This document shows positions 1-12,284 of a stretch of DNA of 64,000 bases, piece by piece (the first letter of the stretch is position 1; the number at the start of each line of letters is the position of its first letter). The position numbers and the translations under genes are program-made. This DNA is from Phyllosticta citribraziliensis (taxonomy: Eukaryota): contig NW_027117346.1 of NCBI RefSeq assembly GCF_038025025.1, positions 1 to 64,000 of the forward strand, read 5' to 3'. A model generated the notes under the pieces. That model saw only the letters and a list, made by a program, of their open reading frames with translations, was not told where the DNA came from and did no database searches.

Positions 1-835
1 ACGAGAAATCTGCAAGTTGTAACACCTATAACCTATTAAATAAATACCTTACTACTACTTACTAAGTCCTTTAATACTTATAGGGTGTATATAATTATAG
101 AATTATTCTATACCCTAGTAATAATAGTACTCTTAGCTTATAAATCTATATAGATACTACTTTTACTAATAATCTAGATACTTATTAGTCCTTATTAGGC
201 TATATTATTATAGCTTTAGGCAGTTTACTATATATAAAGAGTAGGAGATAGAAGCTTATTAGTATATCTATAATAGAAGCTAAGTTTATTAACCTTACTC
301 CTACTATTAAACAAGCTATCTAGATAACTTAAGTTCTTACTAAAATAGGTTATAAGGGCCCTAATACTTAACTAATCTAGCTCTATAATAATAATAAGAA
401 CGCCGTCTAATTTACTAATAGTATAGAGTTTAATACTACTATAAAATATATTAATCTATACTACTAGTATATTAAGTAGGTAGTTATAAATAGAACTATA
501 ACTATCTCTTATATCTCTACTAATAAGATAATTGCAGACGGGCTTACTAAAGTATTAGTAATAGTTAAGTACTACTACTTTTATAACCTTATTAGGTATA
601 GACTAATATAGTAAGTTTTCTATTTAGTTAATATAACTACTTATATATCTACTCTACTATAACTATCTCTTTTCTCATCCTAGGGGGTATATTAGTAGTC
701 CTATATAATAATACTAAGCAGTCTCCTATTATATCATCTCAGCTACAGTTTACCTAGATAACTACAGCTTATCTAGATAATAACTTACTACTTTAGTCAA
801 GATATACTTATCTATCAGCTTCGCGCATCTTAACA
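1..835 (+). mobile_element. RIP-inactivated Ty1/copia LTR retrotransposon, 3' end (RNase H part of pol, PPT and 3' LTR)
   Basis: Very AT-rich with many TpA and in-frame TAA/TAG stops. One frame keeps the copia RNase H motifs SISIIEAKF (261; STTEAEY-like), TIKYINLYY*YI (438; TKHIDIRYH-like) and IADGLTK (531). A purine run AGGGGG at about 682-687 is followed by TATTAG (RIP of TGTTAG) at 690 and ...TTAACA at 830-835, the likely LTR termini. Confidence 0.9.
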
Positions 836-956
836 AGTTCAGGACTCATTGGTAGTTAGCACCAGCTACTGCTCCCCCTAGCAGTTTCAGCAGTATATAG
901 ATAGCTCTCAGAGTAGCCTTAAATAGAGTCTTCAGTTCTCTCATCTTACTTCGTCA
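836..956. mobile_element. Probable remnant of a second RIP-mutated LTR (ends ...CTTCGTCA), or an extension of the first LTR
   Basis: TpA-rich non-coding stretch with TATATA/TAAATAG-like signals. It ends in CA exactly where the neighbouring RNase H reading frame stops. Confidence 0.45.
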
Positions 957-1568
957 GCCCTCTTTACGGGTCAATTCGTTGTCGAGGTTCCGAAAAATTG
1001 ATTCGTTTTGAGGACGGCGGCCAGTAGATGTCCTGAAGTTATTCTCCTAGTTTGCAGGACTTGTTAACGATCAGTCTTTTTCACGTCAAGCACCGAGCCT
1101 TACCTTCCATTCTGGAAGCCATTCAGTAAGTCCCTTCACAGCGTACTCCGAGTCTGTCGCGATGACAAGGGCGTTGAACTGGGCGTCTACCCAGCACTGA
1201 TCGGTTGGTGTCTCCGCCCTTATCTTGTAAATGCCCCAATGCATTCCTCCGTTGACTCCCAATAGCTCTGCTCGTTGGTTTGTCCTTCTCTCGTTCCCAC
1301 TGAACGAAGAGTCAAATTGGTCTGACCTGTGTGTACCTATGGCAACGCCCCATCCGGCTTTCGCTCCTTCGTTCCCATTGCTGAGACATGCACCGTCAGT
1401 GAAGACGACAGGAACTTCATGAGAAAAGTAACGCTCTGCGGGTGACTGAAGGAAAAACCGTTCGCATTCTTGACACAGCAGAAACATCTCGTCGTAACTC
1501 CAGTCGTATCTGTTGGAGAGCTTCAACGCTCGTTTGCGAATCCAGGTACCCCTTGGCATTTCAGACAT
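954..1568 (-). pseudogene. RNase HI-like protein, paralog 1, C-terminally truncated (exons 1568-1104, 1046-954)
   Basis: Motifs VFTDGACLSNG, RTNQRAEL and IATDSEYAVKGLTEWLPEWK. GT-AG intron 1103-1047. Exon 2 ENNFRTSTGRRPQNESIFRNLDNELTRKEG* stops before the final N..AD.LA helix present in paralogs 2 and 4. Confidence 0.8.
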
Positions 1569-2480
1569 GTTGACGGATAGAGTGAGCACAGCCTGACAAT
1601 TAGGTGAGAGTGAAGGAGAGGGTCGGCCTACTTATAAGCAAAGGAGAATGCAAGATAGCTAAGTTTGCGCAAGGAAAGACAAAGGCATCGGTTTGTCACG
1701 TTTCTGGTGCCCAATTTCAACCAATCTTTCCTTCTCACCGTCAAGGATTCAACGCATGCCAATGGTCATTGAGGTTGCCCTTGCATATGGCATCTGATTG
1801 CCCCTCTTCTCTCAAGCCTCCCACCACCTTCCATCGCCAGCGGGTGGTCGGTGATCGCGCCCCGTTGTAGAAGATGGCTCGAGTAAAAATTCAACACTCG
1901 TACATATGCGGCAAAGCTCCCATCCACCAGGGACTGGAAACAACTGCTGCGAACCGGAGCGACTTCAAGTTCTTGCTCTGGTTCTACATCCAAGGCATGG
2001 TAGCAAAAGTCGTGACCCACGCTGCGAATGTAGGAGCCGAAGAGTAACATTCACGCGACCCGACAGAAATTGAAAGAAGACATTCAAGCTCCAACCTGCG
2101 GAGTCTGCGAGCTCTGAGGTACCGGCACTAAACAGCGTACATGGCACATCAGTTGCAAATCTGAAGCAAGCGAGCTTTGTCGCCAATCTCGACTGGTACC
2201 GATTGGCATTCGTGAGAGGTCGATCGACGGTACCTACGGTGAGTCTGTGATTTTTGGCTCTTGAAAGAAGGACGAGAGGGCACATTCAGTCAGCACTTTG
2301 TAAATGAATTTCGTACCTAGACCCTGAATCGAAACGCAACTTCGTCGCATGCATAACGACGTTACCAATCTCTATCTACCTGGGCGGGAACATTGCAAGT
2401 CGCATCGACTCGACTTGTCCCGTGAATCGAAAACCTGGCGAAAAGCCGCAGAATGTTGGCCGAATTGGCGGGCGCTTGCT

Positions 2481-5162
2481 TCAGCCATTCTTTCGGTTGG
2501 CGTAAATCTTTGCGACTTCTTGAGCACGCTCTTCTGCGAGCTGAATCTCATACTGTGAGCGCCAGATGGGATTTGGGTTCAGCGGGATCTCAGCCTTCGT
2601 CATCGGCTCATCATCGTCGTCGTCGTCAGTGTCCTCCTCTTCCTCAACCTGGGGGCCAGTCACAACGTCACCTTCACCCCTGTCAATGAGTGCCTCAATT
2701 ACGTTGGCGGTGTCGACGAACAAGATGGGCGCAGCTCCGTGGGTATTCCTGGTTGACGCCATCTTAGCGAGGAACAAGTTGCTCGTCCTCATGGTCGAAA
2801 AGAACACCATGCCCGCCACGTATGGGAGCTGAGCTGCTTTGTCTAGAAGATTAAAGCAGGTCATTGTTGACAAGACGTCGTGGGATTCTTCTTTGATGGA
2901 TTGAAGGACCTTCCAGCACTGGATATGCATGCGGAAGTAATTGAAGGTCATTTCGAACATTTCGCCTTGCAGTGCGTTGCACATCTTCTTCAAGAGTCCG
3001 GCAATTGGAAGTCGCTGCAAACTCTTGGTTTTTTTGAAGTCCTGTGCTTGACGGCGGGCTTGATTGCGGGTGGGGCGCGACAATCTCATTCCGAATGTGA
3101 CTTGCCACGGCTTGATACCTTCCTCCTCATTGTCATCGTGACTCCACATGATGGTCTTTTCCATGATGTTTCTGAGCTCGTCGGGAGTGAACTCATGCCG
3201 ATATGAGTTTCTGCAGAAGCGGTCTATGAAAATCAGGGCAAGTGGAGCTTGGTGTGGAAGTGGTTTAACTCCAGCTTTAGAGGACCGGAAATAACGACGT
3301 GAGTCCTTGGCAAGAGAAGCAGCGGAAACGCCGTGAGTAATGAAGAAACGTCGGCAGCACTGGTCTAGAGTCTCTGGCGCTTTCTCTCCAAAGAGTGTCT
3401 CGCCTTGCAGCTCGATGAAGGTCTCTAGATCTTTCCATGGCTTATCAAGCAGCTTCTCGAGGCGGACAGCGTGATAAAGGTGACAGACGGACGTAGTGGC
3501 GTTCCGCGAGCCGGCAAAATTGACGCCAAGTTCGTGGAAGTGTGCTTGAAGTTTGTACTTGAACAGGCCGCAGTAGACTGGGTGTCGGCGAAAGAAGTAG
3601 AACGTCTCCAACTCCGGCCATGTTGGATTTTTCTTCGCCATGCATTGGTAGACATCCGTTCTGGTGCTGGATTCAATCTCCCCCATGAGGATGTCCATGG
3701 TCTCGTCGGCCTTTGCAGACCAAGGCTTCAAGCCAATTTCCTTGTAGAACTCTATGGTCTCTTTCATTGTCGACTCAATCTCTTGGGCAGCCTCGCACAA
3801 CTCATTGTAAGGCCGGATGACGTCTTGTCGTAGAAGGTGGTGAACGTCGAGGAAAAGCTGGACCGCCAGGACATTCCAGAACCTAATCTTACCAGTTTTC
3901 AGCACAATTCTGAAGCCACGGATCAATTCGTCCTCAGGTGTCGCCTCGTCAGGGAATGCAGCTCTGACGTGGAGAGTGGCGAAAGAGAAAAAGTCCTCGA
4001 TCAAAGCGGAATCTTCCATGTATTTTTGGCCGGGCGTTTTGGAGTGTCTACTGCTGGTGGGATCATAGTGACGATCGCGCAAACCGGCTTGGAGCATCGG
4101 GATATGGTGAGGTCTGGACCTCGCGTCTTCCGCGAATTGTTTGAGGAAAAAGAATGCGTTTAACATGACCTCCTCTTCCATATTGTAGAACGGCGGATTT
4201 TTGTTGTATTTTGACTCCACGGGTTCACGAATGTCCACGCCGTAAACGTAGTGATGACCCATAGCAAGTGCTTCCAAATGGTGTGCGACACCGCCGTGTT
4301 TCTCCATCGACGCAGGCATGTCGTTTTCCAAAGCACGCATGAAGTCTATCGCTGTGTTCGTCGCCAATGAAATCGCGATGATGTCGTAATAGCCATATTT
4401 GTAACCGACCCATAGGTTGTTCACGACTTGACGGATTACAAGCATGTCGTCCAGCAGCAAGGAAAGTAATGTGGCCCTCTCGTAGATATCATCGAGCTGT
4501 TCGGCCTCAAAGTCTGGCAGTGGTCGTTCGGGAAAAACAACATCGGGTGCGTTGAGGAATTCCTGCGAAGGCTCTTCAACATTCAGAGCTTCAAAGCTGT
4601 TGAAAATCCTATCGACTGGACGGTCTGCAGTTTTACGCTCCTCAGTCGTCGACTCGGGTGGCAGAATCGGGGCCAGAACTTCCTGAACGCGTTCCAAGAT
4701 GCCCACGAAGAAAGAGTGGTTCTCCTTTGAATGCTCTGAAGCAGCCTGCGCGGCAGCAACTGTGCCATGTTTCTTACGGGTGCTGATGGCGCGATCCAGT
4801 GTCTTGGCAAAGTATGATGGGACTTTGACACGCGGGTTTGTTTTGGCTGCGATGAAATCGGCAAGAGAGATGAAGTCTTTGATGGCGATGACATACGCGG
4901 GCCTTCGGCTTGCACCATTTGCCGCTGCACCTGCGGCGCTTGCTGCCTGCTTGGCTTCCTTTCGTGCCTTTCCTTTGAGACGTCCCGTGGTCTGAGTGCC
5001 CGATTTCTGAGCGTTGGCCGTGTTTCGGTGGAGAAGCAAATCTTCAGGATAGCCGCAGCTTCGAGCAGTGGTGGCGAGCCATGACGCGACGGTGTTCGTG
5101 TCTTCCTTGTACTGCTGATAGCTCGAAGTGAGGAAATTGGAGAGCGCCGGCGGGACCTGCAT
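2481..5162 (-). CDS. Large fungal hypothetical protein with N-terminal DUF6604-like domain (~890 aa)
   Basis: Long intronless ORF. The N-terminus SYQQYKEDTNTVASWLATTARSCGYP...GRLKGKARKEAK...F..LA.FI...AI..RK...H.FF..IL matches my recollection of the DUF6604 pattern. First ATG at 5162; probable 5'UTR intron at about 5249-5185. Confidence 0.8.
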   Translation of the reverse strand: MQVPPALSNFLTSSYQQYKEDTNTVASWLATTARSCGYPEDLLLHRNTANAQKSGTQTTGRLKGKARKEAKQAASAAGAAANGASRRPAYVIAIKDFISLADFIAAKTNPRVKVPSYFAKTLDRAISTRKKHGTVAAAQAASEHSKENHSFFVGILERVQEVLAPILPPESTTEERKTADRPVDRIFNSFEALNVEEPSQEFLNAPDVVFPERPLPDFEAEQLDDIYERATLLSLLLDDMLVIRQVVNNLWVGYKYGYYDIIAISLATNTAIDFMRALENDMPASMEKHGGVAHHLEALAMGHHYVYGVDIREPVESKYNKNPPFYNMEEEVMLNAFFFLKQFAEDARSRPHHIPMLQAGLRDRHYDPTSSRHSKTPGQKYMEDSALIEDFFSFATLHVRAAFPDEATPEDELIRGFRIVLKTGKIRFWNVLAVQLFLDVHHLLRQDVIRPYNELCEAAQEIESTMKETIEFYKEIGLKPWSAKADETMDILMGEIESSTRTDVYQCMAKKNPTWPELETFYFFRRHPVYCGLFKYKLQAHFHELGVNFAGSRNATTSVCHLYHAVRLEKLLDKPWKDLETFIELQGETLFGEKAPETLDQCCRRFFITHGVSAASLAKDSRRYFRSSKAGVKPLPHQAPLALIFIDRFCRNSYRHEFTPDELRNIMEKTIMWSHDDNEEEGIKPWQVTFGMRLSRPTRNQARRQAQDFKKTKSLQRLPIAGLLKKMCNALQGEMFEMTFNYFRMHIQCWKVLQSIKEESHDVLSTMTCFNLLDKAAQLPYVAGMVFFSTMRTSNLFLAKMASTRNTHGAAPILFVDTANVIEALIDRGEGDVVTGPQVEEEEDTDDDDDDEPMTKAEIPLNPNPIWRSQYEIQLAEERAQEVAKIYANRKNG

Positions 5163-7196
5163 GATGGCCAAGCTCTTCAAGCTTGCAGACTTTTGCGTCA
5201 GCGAAGATCATGAGCAAGGAAACTGAAGAGTGAGGAACGCCTGGCTTACCTGTTTTCGAATGCTTGAGCCAAAGGTCCAGCTTGCGCGCCGACCGCAGTG
5301 ACGCGGTGCCAAGATCACGCGCAACCAAGATGTTTAGAGTTGAAGCGAGATTTGGTGTTGTGAAGGTGCTGGCGGTGAGGGAGGAGGAAAGCGATCAGGA
5401 AAAGCCGAGAAACGCAGTTTGCGTGTCGACTGAAGTGAGCTGACTACCGTGGCTCGACCGCGATGGCTTGAGGGGCGGGTGACTTGATCGTAGTGACTCG
5501 AACGTGACTACAGCCACTTGACTGCAACGTCTTGACGTCAATGATCTGAGAGGAGCGATTCGAGAAAACCGATCAACCTTACCGCGGCAAAAGAAGCTTC
5601 TTCAGGATTGAGCTGTGGTCGAGTGTTGAGGAAAGGTTGGTCGGCAGCGCAAGTGACTTGACGGCAACAGCCTGGCGCCAATGATCCAAGGATAAAGCGC
5701 AGGCGAGCGCAGGTGGAGGAGACGGAGCAAACACACGGTGAGAGAAAGCGCCTTGCGATGCGAAACGCAATGCGGTGTGGCTTTGAGGAGAGGTCGGTTG
5801 GCGACGAAGCAAACAACCCAAGTCGAGAGCCGTGAGCGGTCGTCCGCGTCACGGCAGCAGCCAATTCACGAACAGCTTCACACACACAACATGTGAACTT
5901 CAAGCTTCCCAAGCGCTTTGACAAATATTCACCATGGATTTGATGACGCACACTACGACGTCCGAATCACTGCAAACGCGTCAGCTACAAGGACCAAAAG
6001 CGCGGGAAGCAGCTCAAACAAACCAGTAAACAACCTCAAAATTAACACTGCCGTTCAGGATCACACCAGCCAGCCATGCCACCTGGCGACAGCGCCACGA
6101 CAGAGCTCTCCAGCCACAAATTTTGCACTGTACAAAGGACATCAGCAGCGCAACGGACCAGCAATGTCAACCGGAACACGCTCGGCCTCTTCGTTCTCTC
6201 TTTATGCCTGATTCGCCCCGGCACTCGGCAGACCTCGTCACCGATGCGATCCTCAAGACCAACAAGTAGAAACAAGAAGTAGATAAATACCAACCCATCG
6301 ACCGAGCCTCTCCACAAGCCCCTCCCCTCCCACGTCTTCACCTTTCATCCACCCACCTACCTAGGTATACACAACCTCCGCGAGCAAGACGACTAAACAC
6401 GAGAAAATACATTCAACAAAAGAAGCCAGACTAAAAGTACAGGGGTGACAGTATTGGGTTATTTGCGTGGGTAAACAACAGCAACATCAACAGACATGAA
6501 GAAGAGAGACGGAGACGAGACGGACAAGACAGGTCGGTGAAGTGAGCTGCCGTGAAAGAAGACTACAGGGACGCTGCGGGAGTGAACCAGTAAGTGGCCG
6601 AAGAGGAACCTCCATGGTCGAATCGCCGTGCGTCGTGTCCTTCTACGACTATCGCTTCATGTATTCACCCGCCACGGCCACGGCCCCGTCCATCTTTTCG
6701 TACACTCGTACATCCGTCTCTTCGCGCGCTCGGGCGCGGCGGGGCGCGTGGGTGGAAAGAAGATTGCATAGCATCGTAGCGTCAATGTCGTTGAAAAAAG
6801 AGGCAAGAGAGAAAAAAGCAACGCACCCCCCGAATGAGCCCACCCGCCCAACCAGTCCTTTTTCTTTTGAGCAACAAAACATCTGTACAGCCGCCTCAGC
6901 CGCGCAAGAGAGCTTTTGCGTGTCTCTCTCAGCGCGACCAAACAGGAGGAGGAGGAGGAAAAACGAAGCTGGCCAGTCCCAACCATTCCAAAAAGAATAG
7001 AAGAAAGAACAAAAACGCCTGGTATCATGCTCTCTTCTCCGTGTGGTGTGCGACCGACATAAGAGTGTGTTTTTTGGTGGTTCAAAAGAGATTGGTTGAC
7101 ACATTATTCGTCAAGGCGGGAGGAGAAGGGGGGAAGGGGAGGAACGAATCCCATCAAGAGACGCTGAAATGGCTAGCGACGATTCGGAAAGCCGAT

Positions 7197-10004
7197 TCAG
7201 TGCTGCGGGGGATGGTGTTGCCCTTGATTTTGTCTCGTAAGTCCTTGTTTGGCCTAGGTCCAAGTCAGTCAGATCCGTTTCGTAAACGGCAAAAGTTGGC
7301 GAACGTACCTTCATCAGTTCAATTCTTGCCTTCAGATTCTGCGTCACTTCTGCTGCTCTCTTCCAGCTCTCTGCTCCGCTACCGCTTCCCAGGTTGGCGG
7401 CAGTGCTCATCCTCGAGCTGCTGCCTCCGTTCTCCGTCGAGCCACCCATCGACGGACTGGCGCGTCCACCCATCCCGGAGCCGGACTGACTTGAATGGCT
7501 GCCGGATCCACCACGCCTTATTGGACTGAGCTTACTGCTGCGCGAGTCCGAACGGCTCATGTCGCCAAAGTTCTCCTTGCCGTCGAAGCCCGGAGAAGTC
7601 GGCGTAAAGTTGCGCCTGCTGAACCCGCCGCCGTAGCCGGGATCACCACCGAATCTGCCACTGCCCCCATTCATGCCAACGTCGTTATAGACAGACTCGG
7701 TGTTTTGCTCGTACGGCTGCGGACTGGACGCTCTTACTTGGCGCGCAAGCTCGCGTTTGAGGCGCTCGACCTCCCTCTGCTGCGCCTGCACCGTTGACTC
7801 TGCCGCCTCAGCATCCGAGCGCGCACGCACCAGTTGCGTTTCCTTGGCCTTGATGGACAGGACGTCCCGAGTGTGGTCCTCAATCAACTGCGCATTTTGA
7901 TTCTGCAACTCGTGAATTTGCGAAGTCATCCGCGCCTTCTCCGCTTTGAAGTCCTCGGCTTGCTTTCGGAGGTGTTCAACTTCAGCCCGTAGCTCTTCCA
8001 ACTCGGCTTTTTCGACAGCACTGAGGCCGGGGGCTGGCGCGGGGGCAGGAGGTTCGGCGGGAGCAGCCTGGGGTTTTCCAAGTGGACGACCGGCCAAACC
8101 ACGACCAGCGAGGCCTCTGGGAGCTGGTTTGGCGGCTGGGGGCTCGGGATCTTCGATGAGCGGTGGCGAGGGTGCGCGTTTGGGTGATGTCGGAGCGGCG
8201 CCAGGCTTCTTGAGCCCAAGTCGCGGTTTGGTGAGCCCAGTCTTGGGGCCGGTAAGCTTTGAGCCAGGCCGGGCGGTCGGCTTCGGGGCGAGTGGTGCTG
8301 CTGCTGGCTCCTCTGGCGACGCTGCACGAGCAGCTGGAGCGGGCTTCTTTGCTCCCAGGGTCGGCTTCTTCCCAGCTGGCTTCTTGCCCGCGGGAGCTGC
8401 TGCTGGCTTGGGAGGCGCTGCAGCCTTTGGCTTGTATTTGGCCTTGACTTCTGCCAAGTCGTGGAATTCCTTGATTTTGGTCTTGCGAATGTCATCGAGG
8501 CCGTCCAGATGCGGGTTCATCAGCCGGTCGCCCATAATTTTCCACAAGACACCCAGCACCTCGGCACCAGCGTCACGCTGCGTCGCTTGCGATTCCGTGA
8601 GGAGCTTTGTAGCGGCTTCTGCAATGCTCTTAACCTCTGGAGGCTGTGGCGCATCCCTAGTCGACTTAAGCACTCGGATCAACAGACGGGTCGACTCAAG
8701 TTTGACTTGGGGGTTCTTGTGTTTGAGCGCCTCGAGGATCTCTTCGAGACAATCGTTCAAGCTAGTCGCGGCAACACATGCTTCAAGAGCAGCGCCCAAG
8801 GCATCCGCGACCGCTTGTTTCTTCTCTTTTAACCTTTCAAGCATCGGACTGAAAACAGTACTCCGGTACTTTCCAAAACTCTTCCGCAGACCTTTGGCGA
8901 AAATCTCGACACAGTTGGCCGCAATTGTTACTACGGCGATGTTGGCGTCCTTCATCGACTTGGCCAGTCCGCGCATAATTTCGTCAAAGGGTCCCTCCTC
9001 CATCGCCGGTACATTGATGGCAGTGTGGAGATCGTCCAGAGCTTCTTTGCGATCCTTCCACTTGGATGACCCAAGCCTTTCGGAAAAGTCCTTTGGTATC
9101 TTGGCCATGACATCGACGGCCATGTATTCCGGTTCCAAGTCGACTTCCGCCTCCTCTTCAACCCCTTCCTCTGCTTCGTCTCCTCCCCCGGCAGCTTCTG
9201 CGGCCTCCGCGGCTTCTTGCTGAGACCGTAGGAGTCTTTCTTGTTTCGGTGCCGGTTCTTCCTTGACCTTTTCAAAGAGCTTGTCCAGGTCTGTTTGCTG
9301 CACAGGCTTCAGATCGCCCCAGAAAAGAGGCTTCATCGCCTCCTTGAGCCATCGGTAGAACTCCACTGTCAAGTTCTGGGCCTCGGCACGGACATTCTTG
9401 TCGGCATGGCCAAAAACCTTGGGAAGCGACTTGAGAATCGGTTTGGGCTCGACGGTTTTGCAGCCGTACGCATGTACTATGGCGGCGAGGGCTTTGAGCG
9501 CGGCAGCAATGACTTTGGGTTGCTTGTGGGCAAGGATCGGGAGCATTTCTTCGATGACAGGATCGGCGCGGTCCATCTCAATCAGCAGCAATAGAGCTTC
9601 TTGGGCCTTTTGTTGTGCGGCCGGACGACCAGTGAGACCCTTTTCGACGAGCGGTGCGATGGCCGTGGCTCGAGTTCTACAAATTTCGAGTCAGTTGGCC
9701 GCGAATCCAGCGCTGAGCTGGCAGGAAACACGTACCTGACGGTGCCATTGGTGCCAGCAATCTGGAGAAAGGAGCAGTACGCCCCCATGGCTTCGGTCTG
9801 GGCAGCAACATTGGAATCTGCTATGGCCCCTTTCCACAGGCTCGAGTCCAAGGCAAACTGCTTGACGACAGGGTCGGTCTCGCCCACGGCCTTGTCAAAC
9901 TCTTTTGCAGCGGCCTCGTATCCTTCCTTTCTGACCTTCCAATTTTTGTGCTGGAAGCGGTCGGGCAGCGGCAGCGAGGAGAAGTCCTCTTCCTGGTCCG
10001 CCAT
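7197..10004 (-). CDS. stu2: XMAP215/Dis1 family microtubule polymerase (Stu2/Alp14/AlpA) with two TOG domains, a basic Pro-rich linker and a coiled coil
   Basis: TOG signatures HKNWKVRKEGYE, DSNVAAQ and SSKWKDRKEAL. Introns 9735-9677 and 7308-7254 give a continuous frame ending ESWKRAAEVTQNLKARIELMKAKQGL...*. Confidence 0.95.
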
Positions 10005-10567
10005 GGTGGTGGCTTGCGGGGGATGGGGTTTGGTAGAAGCTGGAGAGGGTCGGAAATCAGCAGAGCAGAGAGGAGTAGACTAAGGGCGATGTCGTTGGGA
10101 GCAAGGTCGAGGGCGCAAAAGGGCCCCTCTTTGCGGGGTGGTCAAGGCGGTGCGCAGCGATGCGGTGGGTGACGTACGTGCTATCTAGGCGGATCGGGCA
10201 GGTCGCGAGTCCAGGCTGGGGTGTGTAGAGGGTCGGAGAGGTGCAGGTCGCAGTTGACAGCAAGGCGCAGCGACGAGACGGCGTGGTTGTAGAGGCGTGG
10301 GCTGGTGGGTAACTCAGACTCAAGTCTGGTCGTGGTCGTGGCTAGAGGCAGTGTTTTGGTGCGTGTGAAAGAACAACAACGGCCCTTCGGCAGCCGACTG
10401 GGCCCGTTGCTGGGCGGCCAAACGGTGCAACCCTTCGGGACCAGCGCAGCCGGCATCGCTCGCACCGCCAAAACACCATCGAGGCCATCTCCCTGCACTG
10501 TCTACTTTCAATTGCCCGTCGCTGCTCGCCCAGGCCAGGCCAGCATCGCATCGCATCCACCGTGCCC

Positions 10568-10608
10568 GCGCCCTCGCCCTCGCCCTCGCCCTCGCCCGCG
10601 CCCGCGCC
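10568..10608 (+). repeat. Hexanucleotide microsatellite (CGCCCT/CGCCCG)n in the stu2-nudF intergenic region
   Basis: cgccctcgccctcgccctcgccctcgcccgcgcccgcgccc read directly. Confidence 0.85.
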
Positions 10609-10788
10609 CACCGCACACCCTCGCCGCCCACGCAGCCCTACCCGCTTCCGCTTCTGCACCTTCGTATCACCAACAACGTCGTCCTTGGAAACCTGTCTGC
10701 TGGACCCCTCCACCCCGCTCACCTTTGAACCACTCTCGCTTTTGAAGGGCGCACCGACCGACTGCGACCGGATGCGCCCATCGTCGCC

Positions 10789-12284
10789 ATGAGCCAGATT
10801 TTAACCCAGCGCCAGGCTGATGAGCTGTACTTTGTCTCCACCGCCTCTACTCCAAAATCGACCCCCTTCTGATTTTCTGCCGCAGGCACAAGGCAATTAT
10901 AGCTTATCTGGCCGTCTCAAACCACCCCCAGAGCGCCGCTGCCCTCCAAGAAGAGTGCGAAATCGGCGAGTCCTTTGACGAGACCACGCGAAAGAAATAT
11001 GAGGGGCTTTTGGAGAAGAAGTGGACCAGCGTGGTCCGCCTGCAAAAGAAGGTTGCCATCTTTCCCCACCCACCGCCGTGTGCATTTGCTAAATCTCTGG
11101 CGCCTCAGATTATGGACCTCGAATCAAGAAATCAAGCCCTCCAAGCCGAACTTGACTCCACCACGCCCGCCACGCGCCTACGCAAGAATGAAGATCCCAC
11201 GAGTTGGCTACCCAGAGCGCCCGCCTCTCACAGCCTGCAATCCCATCGCCAACCCGTCACATGCGTCGCCTTTCACCCCATCTTTACCTCTCTGGCCTCG
11301 GGCTCCGAAGACACTACAATCAAGATCTGGGACTACGAGTTGGGCGAGCTCGAGCGCACGGTCAAAGGTCACACAAAGAGCGTGTTGGACGTGGATTTTG
11401 GAGGGCCGCGTGGAGGCACCTTGCTTGCCTCGTGTTCGTCCGACCTGACCATCAAACTTTGGGATCCGAGCGACGAGTACAAGAATATCAGAACTCTACC
11501 GGGACACGATCACTCTGTATCTGCCATACGCTTCATTCCAAGTGGGGCTGCTGGCTCGCCTTCTTCTGGAAATCTTTTGGTGTCGGCGTCGCGGGATCAA
11601 ACACTAAAGATTTGGGATGTTACAACTGGCTACTGCGTCAAGACCATCCGCGGCCACGCGGACTGGGTGCGCGACGTGGCACCTAGCTTCGATGGGCGAT
11701 GGCTGCTTTCGGCCTCAAACGACCAGACTGCCCGACTCTGGGACGCTGCCAACGGCGAGCCAAAGTGCACATTTGTCGGTCATGATCACGTCGTGGAATG
11801 CGTTGCATTTGCCCCGCCGTCCGCATACGGGCACCTTGCGACCCTAGCTGGTCTCAAAAAGCCTCCACCAGCCAGCTCCTCGGCCGAGTTCCTCGCCACG
11901 GGGTCACGCGACAAGACAATCAAGCTGTGGGATGCCCGAGGCACGCTCATCAAGACGCTGGTTGGACATGACAATTGGATACGCGCCATGGTCTTTCATC
12001 CTGGCGGCAAGTATCTGATCAGTTGCGGAGACGACAAGACAATACGATGCTGGGACTTGACACAAGAAGGCAAATGCGTCAAGACCGTTGCAGAACATGG
12101 CCACTTCATCAGCTCGTTGCGCTTCGCACCAAGCGTGCGCAAGGAGCCTCAGGTCAACGGCGATGCCAACGGAGCTCCCGCCCAGAATGGAACGAAAAAG
12201 GAAGACCCGGACGCCAACACGACGATCAGATGTGTGATTGCGACGGGCTGCGTTGACCTGAACGTGAGGGTCTTTGCGTCATGA
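10789..12284 (+). CDS. nudF: LIS1/Pac1/NudF dynein regulator (LisH, coiled coil, WD40 repeats)
   Basis: Spliced start [21 protein letters not shown] (intron about 10827-10885), then [23 protein letters not shown] (intron 11052-11108), followed by WD40 repeats. Confidence 0.96.

Noticed and set aside
7946..9223. 425-aa ORF on the + strand
   Set aside because: Antisense shadow of the GC-rich stu2 coding region, with no recognisable motif.
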